Positions 47,160-57,147 of a stretch of DNA of 64,000 nt are shown piece after piece (positions within the stretch are counted from its first letter, which is position 1; every line of letters starts with the position of its first letter). Where the stretch lies: the sequence record MK308676.1. One strand, written 5' to 3'. The notes beneath the pieces were generated by a model. That model was not told the origin of the DNA and did not search any database. It saw only the letters and a list, made by a program, of their open reading frames with translations. The translations under genes were made by a program, and so were the position numbers.

Positions 47160-48920
47160 ATGTACGATAACAAAATCATTAGACTCGCACGTTATGCGGG
47201 AGAAGACTTAGAATTCATGCCGTGGTTCTTTGTGGACGACGACAGCGGAGTTACTCAGAAGGAAATCCCTGAGTTTAAGAATACGCTTTCGTTTGACGCG
47301 AACGATATCTGCGAGAAAGAAGGTAAACTGTACTACACAGAAGAAGCCTTAGCTCCGGCAGACTGGGACGACACTAAGTGGAAGGAAATCGCTGTAGTGT
47401 TGGCTTACTTAAACAACCACAAGACTTATCTGGAATACGAACTTGACTCTTTCGTTCTTCACGAAGACGTCATCTATAAGAACAACAAAGTAGTGTCTGG
47501 AGAGTTCAACAGTGCCGACTGGGACGAAGTAGATGTAAACACGCTTATTGCTGACATCTATACCTACACCGCAGCAGGTGCTTCTTTGGAGATTACTACT
47601 CTAGCTTCTATGCCATCAGCTAAGCTAGGTTTGTTCGCTCCTGAAATCGTGCTACCTACTCCAGGTACAGGTACGGCTTCATTCTTTATGTATTACCCTT
47701 CGTGGTCTACTCAGACGTTTGGTTTGGGTGATACAGACGCTGTATTGCGTAAACCGTCTAACATGCCTGACTATGTAACTCACACCATGTTGAGCTTTGC
47801 TAAGGCACATGGCTTTACGTTTGATAAGAGCTCCCCTGACATTGCTGAAGCAAACACGGGCTTGCAGTTCCCTGTAGGAATCGACGCAGCTATTCTTAAA
47901 GAAGATATCGCTAAAGCTCAGGCAGCCGGACAGAAGGTTTACATTTCAGTGGGCGGTGCTACTTACGGACGTGACGCTGGTCGCTTAGACCCATGGACTA
48001 ACATGATTACTGAGGCGAAGGACTTAATGTCAGGTACCGCATTTGATGCACTTACTCACGTTGAGACAGACGCATACATTCAGTTCATGGAGTACTTCGA
48101 GCTAGACGGTATCGACTTGGACTTCGAAGACAACCCAGCTTACCACAACAACGACTTTGTTGAGTACCTAGAGAACTACCATGCTCTCTGTTACCTGATG
48201 CGCTACATTGCCGATGCTGCGGCTACAACGCTCACTAAGACTGTTGAAACTGCAAGTGCTTGTTGGTCTACTGGTTTTGACCAAACGGCTCGCTCTAAGG
48301 CAGACACAAACACTCCTGGCGCAGACCATGAACTAATCGGTTACTTCGGTGACCATGCTGGTCGTGACCGTATGGCTTTCGGTGGTTTCACTGATAGTGC
48401 AGGCGATGCTCGGAATGCCGCACAATACATCGACAACTATATCCTTATGTCGTACGACGCGATGTTCGGTAATCATAAAGACGGTAACCCTGAAACAGAT
48501 TCAGATTCCCTTTATGACCCGGTCGTTTGTTACAACGAGGCACGTGCTATTATTCCGGCCTCTAAAGTGGTAGCTATTGGTTTAATTGCTGGTGACCACG
48601 GTTTCGGTGACCACTACCTAATGTTGAATGATGCTGACTGTTCTGATACAGCCCCTCATCAGACTCTATTAGAGAAAGACCAATATCAACGTTTCGTTAT
48701 GGCTCCTTATTCAGTAGAGCGCCTATGTCGTACGGTTCGTGAAAACGAAGTGAATGATAAAGACGGTTGCTTGATGTGGGCAGCATTTAAACTGCTCGGC
48801 GATGGTGCTACGTATGAGTTCGATGGAGTTAAAGCAGGTACTGTTACAGAAATCTGTGAGAAAGCTTCTTTAGAGTTCGGCGTCGGTACTGAAACTGGTT
48901 ACGTGATGGATTACGTATAA
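47160..48920 (+). CDS. GH18 chitinase with N-terminal CBM-like repeats
   Basis: LDGIDLDFE (DxxDxDxE), YYPSW, THTMLSF, KVYISVGG, MSYD and GCLMW, all in canonical order. Confidence 0.87.
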   Translation: MYDNKIIRLARYAGEDLEFMPWFFVDDDSGVTQKEIPEFKNTLSFDANDICEKEGKLYYTEEALAPADWDDTKWKEIAVVLAYLNNHKTYLEYELDSFVLHEDVIYKNNKVVSGEFNSADWDEVDVNTLIADIYTYTAAGASLEITTLASMPSAKLGLFAPEIVLPTPGTGTASFFMYYPSWSTQTFGLGDTDAVLRKPSNMPDYVTHTMLSFAKAHGFTFDKSSPDIAEANTGLQFPVGIDAAILKEDIAKAQAAGQKVYISVGGATYGRDAGRLDPWTNMITEAKDLMSGTAFDALTHVETDAYIQFMEYFELDGIDLDFEDNPAYHNNDFVEYLENYHALCYLMRYIADAAATTLTKTVETASACWSTGFDQTARSKADTNTPGADHELIGYFGDHAGRDRMAFGGFTDSAGDARNAAQYIDNYILMSYDAMFGNHKDGNPETDSDSLYDPVVCYNEARAIIPASKVVAIGLIAGDHGFGDHYLMLNDADCSDTAPHQTLLEKDQYQRFVMAPYSVERLCRTVRENEVNDKDGCLMWAAFKLLGDGATYEFDGVKAGTVTEICEKASLEFGVGTETGYVMDYV

Positions 48921-48925
48921 AGACT

Positions 48926-48955
48926 ACTCCTACCTCCTTTGCGGGAGGTAGGAGT
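48926..48955. terminator. Bidirectional terminator
   Basis: ACTCCTACCTCC-TTTGCG-GGAGGTAGGAGT between convergent genes. Confidence 0.8.
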
Positions 48956-48962
48956 TTATCTT

Positions 48963-50177
48963 TTATAGTACGTGACGTTTACACATGTCCAAGTATGCTT
49001 CGTACAGTCTTCCTTGGAACTCAAAGAAGTCTTGCGCTGCATAGATAATCTGAATGAATAGATTGTAAGAGATGTTCCCCAAATGACGATGTTGGTCTTT
49101 AGAGATTTCCATGTCTTCAGTTTTCTCTGAGTAGGTTTCCATAATAAGGCGACCTACGTCATCCATCATGCCCATGGCAGCGTGCCAGTTCTTGGTAGAC
49201 GTTAGCGTTGTACGCTTCATGTTGCTAAGCACAGACTTAAGCTCATTTGCAGATAGAGGAGCAATCTCTTCAACACCAGACTTACGAACTACATCATCGT
49301 TGTCCGTGTACCAAGTTACATCGCGTAGAACTAAGTAGTACTCGCTTAGAGTCGCTTTACGTTCTAGGACAGTCGCTTGTTGGAAGCCACCTGCTACGCC
49401 TTCACGCGTTGCGTAGAAAACATATGCTGGGTTCTTAGAAGAGTAAAGCTTCTTACCGTCTGCTTCAGATTGGCCAGTACGGTCCAAGTAAAGAGTCGCT
49501 GCTTGGCTAATTGAAAGTAGAGCAGACTTGTAATCAGGCCATTTATCTTTCTTAAGTTTAGCTAGGACTTCTTCGAATGCTTCGAAAGTCAGGTTACGGT
49601 TAGACATACCTGCCCATTCCGTTAATGCTTTCTCTACTTCGGTAGGAACGCCGTCAGCTTGGAAGTAAAGGCGCTTAGGTTTAGGAATCTTAACGGCTTC
49701 TTCCGTGATGTCGCCCTGAGACACTAGACGAGTAATGTCATCTAACTTACCGTCGAAGTCTTTAAACTTCATCGAGATGGCTTGGCCAATCTTCTTGATT
49801 TTCTTTTTAGCTTTATCTAGCTTATCGTTCCAGATAGCTTTAAGGGTATCGATAACAGAACCGATGCCTTCCATTGCGACTTCAGTAGTTAGCTCTACAT
49901 CTGACTCCATTGCGAAAGACTGTAGCTGTAGCTCTGGCGTGGCTTTAAGGATGTTGTTCGCAGACGAAATAAGCATCTCTGCGGTTGCGCCTTCTGAGTT
50001 ATCTTTCAAGAAGGTTAGTTCACCGATTAGCTTAGCAGCGTCACGGATTGTTTCGTTTTCTTCACGGCACTCCTGAAGGAATGCTTCCGCTTCTTCTACT
50101 GTTTTGAATTCACCAGTATCGAAAGAGGCGTCGAGCTCAGCTTGTTTTACCTGAGCGAAATGTTGTCGTAAACTCAT
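48963..50177 (-). CDS. Inner head protein, paralog of 27407..28648
   Basis: FAMES..ELTTEVAMEGI shared with 27407; similar length and architecture. Confidence 0.75.
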   Translation of the reverse strand: MSLRQHFAQVKQAELDASFDTGEFKTVEEAEAFLQECREENETIRDAAKLIGELTFLKDNSEGATAEMLISSANNILKATPELQLQSFAMESDVELTTEVAMEGIGSVIDTLKAIWNDKLDKAKKKIKKIGQAISMKFKDFDGKLDDITRLVSQGDITEEAVKIPKPKRLYFQADGVPTEVEKALTEWAGMSNRNLTFEAFEEVLAKLKKDKWPDYKSALLSISQAATLYLDRTGQSEADGKKLYSSKNPAYVFYATREGVAGGFQQATVLERKATLSEYYLVLRDVTWYTDNDDVVRKSGVEEIAPLSANELKSVLSNMKRTTLTSTKNWHAAMGMMDDVGRLIMETYSEKTEDMEISKDQHRHLGNISYNLFIQIIYAAQDFFEFQGRLYEAYLDMCKRHVL

Positions 50178-50203
50178 TGTCGGTTCCTAACGATAGTTAA
50201 CAT

Positions 50204-50220
50204 TAAGGTCTATAAGATTC
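50204..50220 (-). promoter_or_regulatory. Putative late promoter (GAATCTTATAGACCTTA)
   Basis: Matches 27370-27385. Confidence 0.7.
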
Positions 50221-50271
50221 GAACGAAAAAAAAAAAAGAGATTCCTCCTAGCCGTAGCTAGGAGGGTCTTA

Positions 50272-50460
50272 TTATACTACGTTGAAGTAAAGAGCGTTCT
50301 CTTCAGTGATAACGCGAGTAAGTGTTTTCTTGCCTAGGGCGACACCTACTAAGACAGAGTTCCCTTCGTGCTTAACCGAGCGAATGCGGAAGTTTGCTGC
50401 TTGTTGGTTGTCTACAAGAGTTTTGCCTACGTGAGAGCTGTTGTAATCTGTTACATTCAT
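50272..50460 (-). CDS. Small hypothetical protein (62 aa)
   Basis: GGAG SD; terminator-like hairpin downstream. Confidence 0.75.
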   Translation of the reverse strand: MNVTDYNSSHVGKTLVDNQQAANFRIRSVKHEGNSVLVGVALGKKTLTRVITEENALYFNVV

Positions 50461-50562
50461 AGTAATTCTCCAATAAAATTTTTAATAAAGAAAGAACCAC
50501 AACCCGAAGGCTGTGATTCGAATTATGTTTAGAAAGTCACTATGGCAATATAGGTCACACTT

Positions 50563-51066
50563 TTACTTCAAACCGATGTACTGGTATGCGTAGCCAATTA
50601 CAGCATTGAGTGTGGATGTTCCGTCTGAGTATTCTACTGCGCCTCTGACTTCATAGATGCGGAACTGGTCGAAGTCCTCTTCGAACTCTACCATCTGCCA
50701 GCTGTCGAACTCATCGATGTCGCCGAATACTAAAGCGTCTCTGTCTATGACAGAATGTTCTCGTGCTCGGAGTAGACTTACTTCGTCATATCCGTCTATT
50801 GTAGAGAAGAAGAAATAACCGATATCTACTTCGTCAGATTCCAGTTCATAAACCGGCATGACTGCGCCTGCGTATTTGGTGCGGCCAGATATATAGAGTT
50901 GGTTCGCATACTCATCGTTTTTGTCGCGGTTCTTAATCGTCTCTACTGCAGAGATAGGAGAGATGAAATATCGGCCCGACGTAATGCGAAAGCCGAAGAT
51001 ATCTTCTTTCGCTTTGAGTGCGCCGTTAAGGCCGTTTGCTATCTCTGTTAGATATTCTTGGTCCAT
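50563..51066 (-). CDS. Hypothetical protein (start MDQEYL)
   Basis: AAGGGG SD at ATG 51066. Confidence 0.75.
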   Translation of the reverse strand: MDQEYLTEIANGLNGALKAKEDIFGFRITSGRYFISPISAVETIKNRDKNDEYANQLYISGRTKYAGAVMPVYELESDEVDIGYFFFSTIDGYDEVSLLRAREHSVIDRDALVFGDIDEFDSWQMVEFEEDFDQFRIYEVRGAVEYSDGTSTLNAVIGYAYQYIGLK

Positions 51067-51094
51067 TGTTTGCCCCTTAAACAATAGTTATGGT

Positions 51095-51808
51095 TTACTC
51101 CGCTACTGAAGTGTGGCCTTCTACTGCAACGAAGAGTTTGATTGGAGGTAGAGCTACAGTGTCGCCGTTTAGGTCTTTTCGTAGTTCTGCGAGATATAAG
51201 CCGCTTAAGTCGTAGTAGCCTTTGCCTAGCGCCACTAATTCTTCTTGATTAATCAAAATGAAATCACCCGCAGACGTTTTCATTTTATATTCTTCGTGAT
51301 AGCGACCTAGTTCAACCGGTAGTTGAGTTTCTTTATCTACAATCGTACCGCCTGAGCCTAGTAAGGTGTCCGTGCTGCCCGGAATATAAAGCAGACTCCC
51401 TTCTGGATTAAACGGAATGCCGCCTCGCGGATATTGCCAGATTAATGAAACTGGGTCTTCACGGTACTGTGAGTTAACAACCAGTACTCGTGGTCGGTAA
51501 GCCGTAAAGTAATCTTCGCTGTCTATGCCTGTAGGCTTATAGATGCTAGCCAGGATTTCCATTAGAGATACCGGAGAGCCATCTGGCGATAGGTCCGGAA
51601 TGTTATTGAACATCAGTTCTTCTAAAGGAATGGATTTATCGCGAACGTAAAGTTTCTTTTCATCTACGGATACGATATTGTAGTCGTGCGTCAGATACAT
51701 TTCCAGCGTACCGCCCTTAGCAAAGGGCGCAGGAATGCGCACGGGCGTTGCTTCCGTTAATTCAACCGTCGTGTCGAAGTCGCGGAGTAATATTGCGTAG
51801 TCTTTCAT
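51095..51808 (-). CDS. Hypothetical protein, possibly structural (start MKDYAIL)
   Basis: GAGG SD at ATG 51808; the track start runs through a terminator and into phoH. Confidence 0.7.
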   Translation of the reverse strand: MKDYAILLRDFDTTVELTEATPVRIPAPFAKGGTLEMYLTHDYNIVSVDEKKLYVRDKSIPLEELMFNNIPDLSPDGSPVSLMEILASIYKPTGIDSEDYFTAYRPRVLVVNSQYREDPVSLIWQYPRGGIPFNPEGSLLYIPGSTDTLLGSGGTIVDKETQLPVELGRYHEEYKMKTSAGDFILINQEELVALGKGYYDLSGLYLAELRKDLNGDTVALPPIKLFVAVEGHTSVAE

Positions 51809-51873
51809 GATGTCCTCAGTTATGAAAATAAATAAAAGGAGTACCACAAGATTTCTCCTGTGGTACTTTAAAC

Positions 51874-52815
51874 TTAATCTAAGTGGGTTAGAACTTCTTC
51901 TACTACCGGGTGGCGCTGACAATCGGCCGCTTCCAGAATATGGAAATGTGCAGACGGTGAAATGTCCTGTAGTTTCTCTTGCAAATACTCCAGACCGGAC
52001 TTAGTACCTTTCGGTAAGTCAATCTGACCTAGGTCGCCCGTAAACGTCATCTTAGACTCAGGACCCAAACGAGTAATAAGCATCTTAGCCTGCTCTACTG
52101 TTGTATTCTGAGTTTCATCTAGGAGTACGTAGGAATGGCTTAGCGTACGACCACGTAAGAAACCAATCGCTGCTACTTCGATAGTCTTACTCTCGATAAG
52201 CTTCTCAACTTCCTCGATACCTAACATTTCAAACATAGCGTCGAAGATAGGGCGTAAGTAAGGGTCAACCTTTTCTTCTAAGCCGCCAGGGAGGAAGCCT
52301 AGTTTTTCACCAGCTTCTACGGCAGGACGAGCAATGATAATTCGGTCGATTTGAGTTTCATTATCTTTCAGGTCAGAGATAGCCTGGGCAACTCCAAGCA
52401 ATGTCTTACCCGTGCCGGCAGGACCGATACCAAAGTTAAGAATGTTCTTTCTTAACGAATCCATGTATGCGGCTTGATTAGGCGACTTAGCAGTATAGTT
52501 GCGTTTGCCTGCTCGAATGGTCGGCATTTGTTCCCCGAAATCTAGCATCTTGCGGCGATTCTCCAGAACCGATTCGAAGAGTGCTTTAGTGATTTCTTCC
52601 CCACGGATTTTCTCCGCATATAGGTCGAGGTATACTTCTCTGGCCAGATGTGCGTGCTGTCCGCGGAAGGTAACTTTACCGTTAACTTCGACTACGACGT
52701 TAAACACATAAGAGACTCGGTCAATGAAAGAGTCGTCTTGTCCATAAATATCGCGAACGTCGAAACGCTCATAGGCTTCATCGTTCAAGTCGATATATGC
52801 TGAGTTTTTTGCCAT
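51874..52815 (-). CDS. phoH: PhoH-like ATPase
   Basis: GPAGTGKT, RPAVEAGEKLGFLPG, PYLRP, FLRGRT, LDETQN and GDLGQIDL. Confidence 0.93.
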   Translation of the reverse strand: MAKNSAYIDLNDEAYERFDVRDIYGQDDSFIDRVSYVFNVVVEVNGKVTFRGQHAHLAREVYLDLYAEKIRGEEITKALFESVLENRRKMLDFGEQMPTIRAGKRNYTAKSPNQAAYMDSLRKNILNFGIGPAGTGKTLLGVAQAISDLKDNETQIDRIIIARPAVEAGEKLGFLPGGLEEKVDPYLRPIFDAMFEMLGIEEVEKLIESKTIEVAAIGFLRGRTLSHSYVLLDETQNTTVEQAKMLITRLGPESKMTFTGDLGQIDLPKGTKSGLEYLQEKLQDISPSAHFHILEAADCQRHPVVEEVLTHLD

Positions 52816-52879
52816 AAGTGATTTCCTTATAGAAGAAGAGGTTTAGGTAACTCAACGAATTACCTAAACATTACTGGAG

Positions 52880-53704
52880 TTAGAACTCCACTACCATGTC
52901 AGCATCAATAGAGACGTCAGCTACGTGCTCTGTCTTAACCGCATAGAATTTTTTACCCGATTTGAAGACCGTCCCTTCTGGAAGAGTTAGTCCGGTTAAG
53001 GTCGAGTATTCCTTAAGCCCCACAGCAATCTTATCTCGGAATGCTAGCGGTATTTGTTTTCGCAACACCGGGAAACGGCCAGTAACGCCTGTGCCGTCCG
53101 GAGTAAGTTTTTCTGACCACCTTAGGTCCATCGCTACCTGTAAAGTGTAACCATTTGCCATACGGCCTATGAGGTCGTTTACAGAATAGTTTTCGTCGAT
53201 GACTTTAAGTAGAAGGTCGAAAATAGGTTCCAACACCAACGAGATGAAGCTTCCTGCTTCAGTGTAAGTGACGGGTGCTAACTTCTCGATAGCCATTAAA
53301 GCACATTCGGCTAGAGCTTGCTCAGTACGAATGCCTTGCGTTACCCAGGTACGACTTAACCATAGCCGGTCACGGCCTTGTTTAAAGGTAGCCGAGGTTG
53401 GATATAGCAATGTGAATGCGAAGTCGCAGAACTGCTTCATTGGGTTAGCTAGTTCTTTCGCTCTCTGTTTGGCAAGTGATTCCGTAATAGCTTTAGAGCC
53501 ACGGGTTAGACGGAAACGATAGAGGTGTGAAAAGTGATGCATCATTGCATCCAAATACACCAGACCTTCGGCAACATCTTTCGTTGCAGGAAGCATGTCT
53601 TTCGTAATCGTCATCTTGCCCCACTTACCGTCCTTGGTTGCTTGATACAAGGCGCTGTTGTGGGTTCTTAAATTCATGGCCAAAGTATGGATTGTATCAG
53701 ACAT
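52880..53704 (-). CDS. Hypothetical protein (274 aa)
   Basis: AAGGA SD. Confidence 0.8.
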   Translation of the reverse strand: MSDTIHTLAMNLRTHNSALYQATKDGKWGKMTITKDMLPATKDVAEGLVYLDAMMHHFSHLYRFRLTRGSKAITESLAKQRAKELANPMKQFCDFAFTLLYPTSATFKQGRDRLWLSRTWVTQGIRTEQALAECALMAIEKLAPVTYTEAGSFISLVLEPIFDLLLKVIDENYSVNDLIGRMANGYTLQVAMDLRWSEKLTPDGTGVTGRFPVLRKQIPLAFRDKIAVGLKEYSTLTGLTLPEGTVFKSGKKFYAVKTEHVADVSIDADMVVEF

Positions 53705-53714
53705 GGCTCTTTCC

Positions 53715-54599
53715 TTATTGGTTGGCTACGAGCAAACTCATACGGCCAAACGTGTTACCGCCTACGATGCCATCCTGAACTAGACCTTCTTTAGCCTGGA
53801 AGGCCTTGATTGCAGTGAGGGTACGTTTTCCGTAGTGGCCGTCCACTTTATGTAGATAGCCGAGAGCTCGTAAATATTTTTGCACTTCTCTAACCGATTG
53901 TCCACGGTCGTTAAATCTCACAATCGGACGTTTGTAGATAGAGGAGTCTTCCAACATAATGCCAAGCGCACGGTTGGTCTTCGCGATACGGTCAGGTAAG
54001 CCGTGCTGTCCGCCATTAATGATTCGAGTCACCACCTTAGTCGCGCCTTCGTCCGCCCATTCTAATGCGGTCTTACCGTTGCGTTTGTTTGTTTTAAGGA
54101 ACCAACAAGCCGCCATAAGGCCGATAGCGGCATCATTGATAAGAACATTAGGCTGTTCTTCTAACTCTAGTCCTAGGGCCGTACCGGCCGCGATATAGTT
54201 ATTCTTACCCGTTAACTGGATTGGGCCACGGCCGCGATAAAGGTATCCTTCTCCTGGGGCATTGTTACCCATTCGTCCGCCATAGACAAAGTTGGCAATC
54301 TTCTCTTTCTGGCGATGATACTTCTTAGCCTGGCCTTTAGTTTTAAAACGGGATGGCCAGACCTTCATTAGAGTCTGCCAACTATAGTTCAAATTCTCTT
54401 CAAAGCGAACAAAGCCACCCGACTCATGCGCACACTGTCCGATAAGCATAGCCCAACGACGTACTGTGTTGATGCCTTGGTTTTCGATTTGCTTACGGAA
54501 CTGCATGACACTGTAAGCATATTCGATTGATGCACCGCAAGCGATAAGTGCCTCTACTAGGTTGTCGTTTGAAAGCGGGTCTTTCTTGGTCTGAAACAT
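53715..54599 (-). CDS. GH19 endolysin with C-terminal peptidoglycan-binding domain
   Basis: AHESGGF, ENLNYS, YRGRGPIQLTG.NNY and INGG..G; PG_binding_1 (DG.YG..T..AIKAFQ...GL..DGIVG); GAATCTTATG at 54622-54631. Confidence 0.9.
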   Translation of the reverse strand: MFQTKKDPLSNDNLVEALIACGASIEYAYSVMQFRKQIENQGINTVRRWAMLIGQCAHESGGFVRFEENLNYSWQTLMKVWPSRFKTKGQAKKYHRQKEKIANFVYGGRMGNNAPGEGYLYRGRGPIQLTGKNNYIAAGTALGLELEEQPNVLINDAAIGLMAACWFLKTNKRNGKTALEWADEGATKVVTRIINGGQHGLPDRIAKTNRALGIMLEDSSIYKRPIVRFNDRGQSVREVQKYLRALGYLHKVDGHYGKRTLTAIKAFQAKEGLVQDGIVGGNTFGRMSLLVANQ

Positions 54600-54680
54600 T
54601 GATTTAACTCCTAGGTTGATTCATAAGATTCTGGACAAAAAAGAAAAAAGATTAGAGGAGAGCCGAAGCCCTCCTCTTAT

Positions 54681-55388
54681 TTACATTATTTCTTTGGCGA
54701 CTTTGCCTTTGTACACGTGTTTCAGTTCTGTGAAGTTAATATAGCTATTTTCTTTTAGTCGTATCTCTCGTTCCCCGTTAATGAGGTTATCCTCTATGCT
54801 TAACGCCCAGAGACAATCTGACTCGTAGTTAAGGAAGGTAGCTTTTCTTCCGCAGAACGTGGTTGTTTTGATGCGAGCTTTGGAAACCTCGATGCCTTTA
54901 AAGAACGCCAAAGTATAGCGCTCTCTGTCTAGCGCTTTAAGCCAATATAGGAAGTTAGCAATGACAACCACGGCTAACTGCAAGAAGCCAATGGCCCAGA
55001 CATATGTCTCCAGAGTAGTAAAAGCAGGTTCGCCTAATAACTCTTCGGCTAAGGCGAAGACGCCGCATATCACCGCTAACGGTAGGAGGAAAAGACTCAA
55101 AGAGAACTTCTCTATGATTTCGGCCTTGGATTGCAAAGTGCCCATTTTCTTTTCTCTGAGTCTGGTCGTGACATGAAGAGCCCGGCGTAAGCCGTCTATA
55201 AGAAACGTAGTGGAGTTCTCGGCATGATGAATGCTTGAAAACATATAGTCGAAGTTACAGTCTTGGATGTTCGACGTGAATAGTCTCTTGGGCACCATGA
55301 TTGCATAGCGCACCTTGCGGTCTATAAAGAACCCATCTTTCCAGAACGGATTAATTACGTTTAAAAAGCCTTTAATCAATTTCAACAT
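54681..55388 (-). CDS. Membrane protein (2 TM)
   Basis: Two hydrophobic helices mid-protein; AGGAG SD. Confidence 0.7.
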   Translation of the reverse strand: MLKLIKGFLNVINPFWKDGFFIDRKVRYAIMVPKRLFTSNIQDCNFDYMFSSIHHAENSTTFLIDGLRRALHVTTRLREKKMGTLQSKAEIIEKFSLSLFLLPLAVICGVFALAEELLGEPAFTTLETYVWAIGFLQLAVVVIANFLYWLKALDRERYTLAFFKGIEVSKARIKTTTFCGRKATFLNYESDCLWALSIEDNLINGEREIRLKENSYINFTELKHVYKGKVAKEIM

Positions 55389-55400
55389 TTTCTTTTCTCC

Positions 55401-55985
55401 TTACATGAACGGATGAAGACTAGAAAGAAGTTGCTTCAGTCTATCTTCGTTATTTTCATGTAGATAACACACTTCTGGACTACCGCATGTAAATAGCTTG
55501 TCGTTGAGTGCGTCGTAGGTTAGGGTGAAATCTTTATTACAGATTGCCACCGCATGCTTAGTGAATTTAAGGGAGCCTTCTCGGTAGGCCGTTGCCCACT
55601 CGTACGTTAGGCGTCTCGCTGCCGGGCTAGTATAAAGCTCTTTGTCTTCATAAAGCCACCATATGTAACCGCCATATGAGAAAGCCAAAGCTATAGCTGG
55701 GGCTAAGTCTTCTGAGCGCGATATTAGAACCATGCCTAGAATGACCATAAAGATGGTGCCCAGGATAAAGCGGTTCACCAATACACCATCGGGCATATCT
55801 TCGTTATAGTACGGAGAGAACTTACCGACCGAATTATTCATAGCTAGGAATGGGTCGTAGGTTTGCAGGGCATAAGTGCCTGGGCTAACTTCACGCCATT
55901 TGAATCCTTTCTTTCCGAAGCGAGTAATCGCAGGTAATAGGCCTTTAGGCCAAGTTCGTTCACTTACATAATAAAGAGGTTTCAT
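55401..55985 (-). CDS. Membrane protein (2 TM)
   Basis: FILGTIFMVILGMVLI; LAPAIALAFSYGGYIWW. Confidence 0.7.
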   Translation of the reverse strand: MKPLYYVSERTWPKGLLPAITRFGKKGFKWREVSPGTYALQTYDPFLAMNNSVGKFSPYYNEDMPDGVLVNRFILGTIFMVILGMVLISRSEDLAPAIALAFSYGGYIWWLYEDKELYTSPAARRLTYEWATAYREGSLKFTKHAVAICNKDFTLTYDALNDKLFTCGSPEVCYLHENNEDRLKQLLSSLHPFM

Positions 55986-56215
55986 TATCTATTCCTTCTG
56001 TATGAGATGTTTTGGTAACCTTGTTTTTCAAGCTCAACTTTAGCATGAATGAAGTGGATTCCCATTAGTTCACCTTTCGCTGTAAACTGCGTGCCGTTGT
56101 CTGTCCGTTTAGACGACACGTCGAAGATTTGACCGAAGCGTCCAATCGATTTCTTTTTACCTTCGCCAGTCACATCGATTAGGTCCGACGGTTTTAAAGT
56201 GAATGCAAGTTTCAT
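55985..56215 (-). CDS. Small hypothetical protein (76 aa)
   Basis: AAGGA SD, coupled to the next gene. Confidence 0.75.
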   Translation of the reverse strand: MKLAFTLKPSDLIDVTGEGKKKSIGRFGQIFDVSSKRTDNGTQFTAKGELMGIHFIHAKVELEKQGYQNISYRRNR

Positions 56216-56228
56216 TATTAAGTTTCCT

Positions 56229-56522
56229 TTATACTAATTGAAGTTCTCGTGCGCTAGATGTAACTAGCTCATAGATAGAATGTGCAAGGTCACGTGCGCC
56301 ACGTACGCCTTTTGAAGTTAGAGACATAGTAAGAGCTTTACGTGTTTTAGCATCGTAGATAGCTGATACGTTTTTGTGAGTCACAACTTTAACTAGAAGT
56401 TTCTCAGCAACGCGGTTGCAGTTGCCAGGGAATACTACTAGGTCAAGAGCAGCATAGACGTCGCCGTCTTTAGTACCTAGTTTTAGAGAGTCAGTTGTGA
56501 TGTAAGAGTTAGAAGTTTTCAT
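56229..56522 (-). CDS. Small basic hypothetical protein (97 aa)
   Basis: Strong codon bias (GCT/ACT/CTA), AAGG SD. Confidence 0.75.
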   Translation of the reverse strand: MKTSNSYITTDSLKLGTKDGDVYAALDLVVFPGNCNRVAEKLLVKVVTHKNVSAIYDAKTRKALTMSLTSKGVRGARDLAHSIYELVTSSARELQLV

Positions 56523-56595
56523 TGTATAGTAACCTTGTTGTCAAAAATAGACATTGTAGTAACCACTCCCTCGAAAGGAAGTGGCTACGGATTAT

Positions 56596-57147
56596 CTACT
56601 TGGTTTTATTAGTAGTCTGAAGAACGTCGTTCAACAGAGGGTATTTTGATTCAAAGTCGGGGTGGTCTTTTACATTCGTAGGAATGATTGCCTTGAACGT
56701 AAAAGGTCGGACATACTCTTTGGAAAGCTTGGCGTTCCAGCATTCGCCGTGTACGAATTCCCCGTAAAGTTCTTCCGGTGACCACATTGAGAACGGACCT
56801 ACCATTTGGCGAGCGTCGCGATGCTTAGGATGGCGTTGTAGGAAGAGCTCATAGTTAAGAGAGGCCCCAGCGCAAACATTACATTGGTCTCTCCAATCAA
56901 GCAATTCATCGGAAGTGTCATCTTCGAAGTGAATGAACACTGCCCATTTACGGGGGACATAATACGTAGTAGTACGCCATAGGAACGTTTTAGTTTCCTG
57001 TACCATGTCCTCATAAACTGCAAGGGCTAAGTTGCCCTCACGGATATAGCCCAACATCTTAGCGCCCCATACAGGGCGCTGAGAGTGGCCGATGTCACGC
57101 ATGCGTCTGTCGACTACGGTTTTAAGTTTCACGCTATTTTCCTTCAT
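56596..57147 (-). CDS. Hypothetical protein (183 aa)
   Basis: Short overlap with the upstream gene. Confidence 0.75.
   Translation of the reverse strand: MKENSVKLKTVVDRRMRDIGHSQRPVWGAKMLGYIREGNLALAVYEDMVQETKTFLWRTTTYYVPRKWAVFIHFEDDTSDELLDWRDQCNVCAGASLNYELFLQRHPKHRDARQMVGPFSMWSPEELYGEFVHGECWNAKLSKEYVRPFTFKAIIPTNVKDHPDFESKYPLLNDVLQTTNKTK

Noticed and set aside
50226-50237. Long poly-A run as a phase-variation tract
   Set aside because: Intergenic; it is the U tail of a minus-strand terminator, not within a CDS
50545-50556. Early promoter variant GACCTATATTGC
   Set aside because: Followed within about 30 nt by a UUCG terminator with a U tract; cannot tell a real promoter from chance
53715-54599. 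GH19 protein as a second chitinase
   Set aside because: The C-terminal peptidoglycan-binding domain and ENLNYS subfamily motif indicate an endolysin
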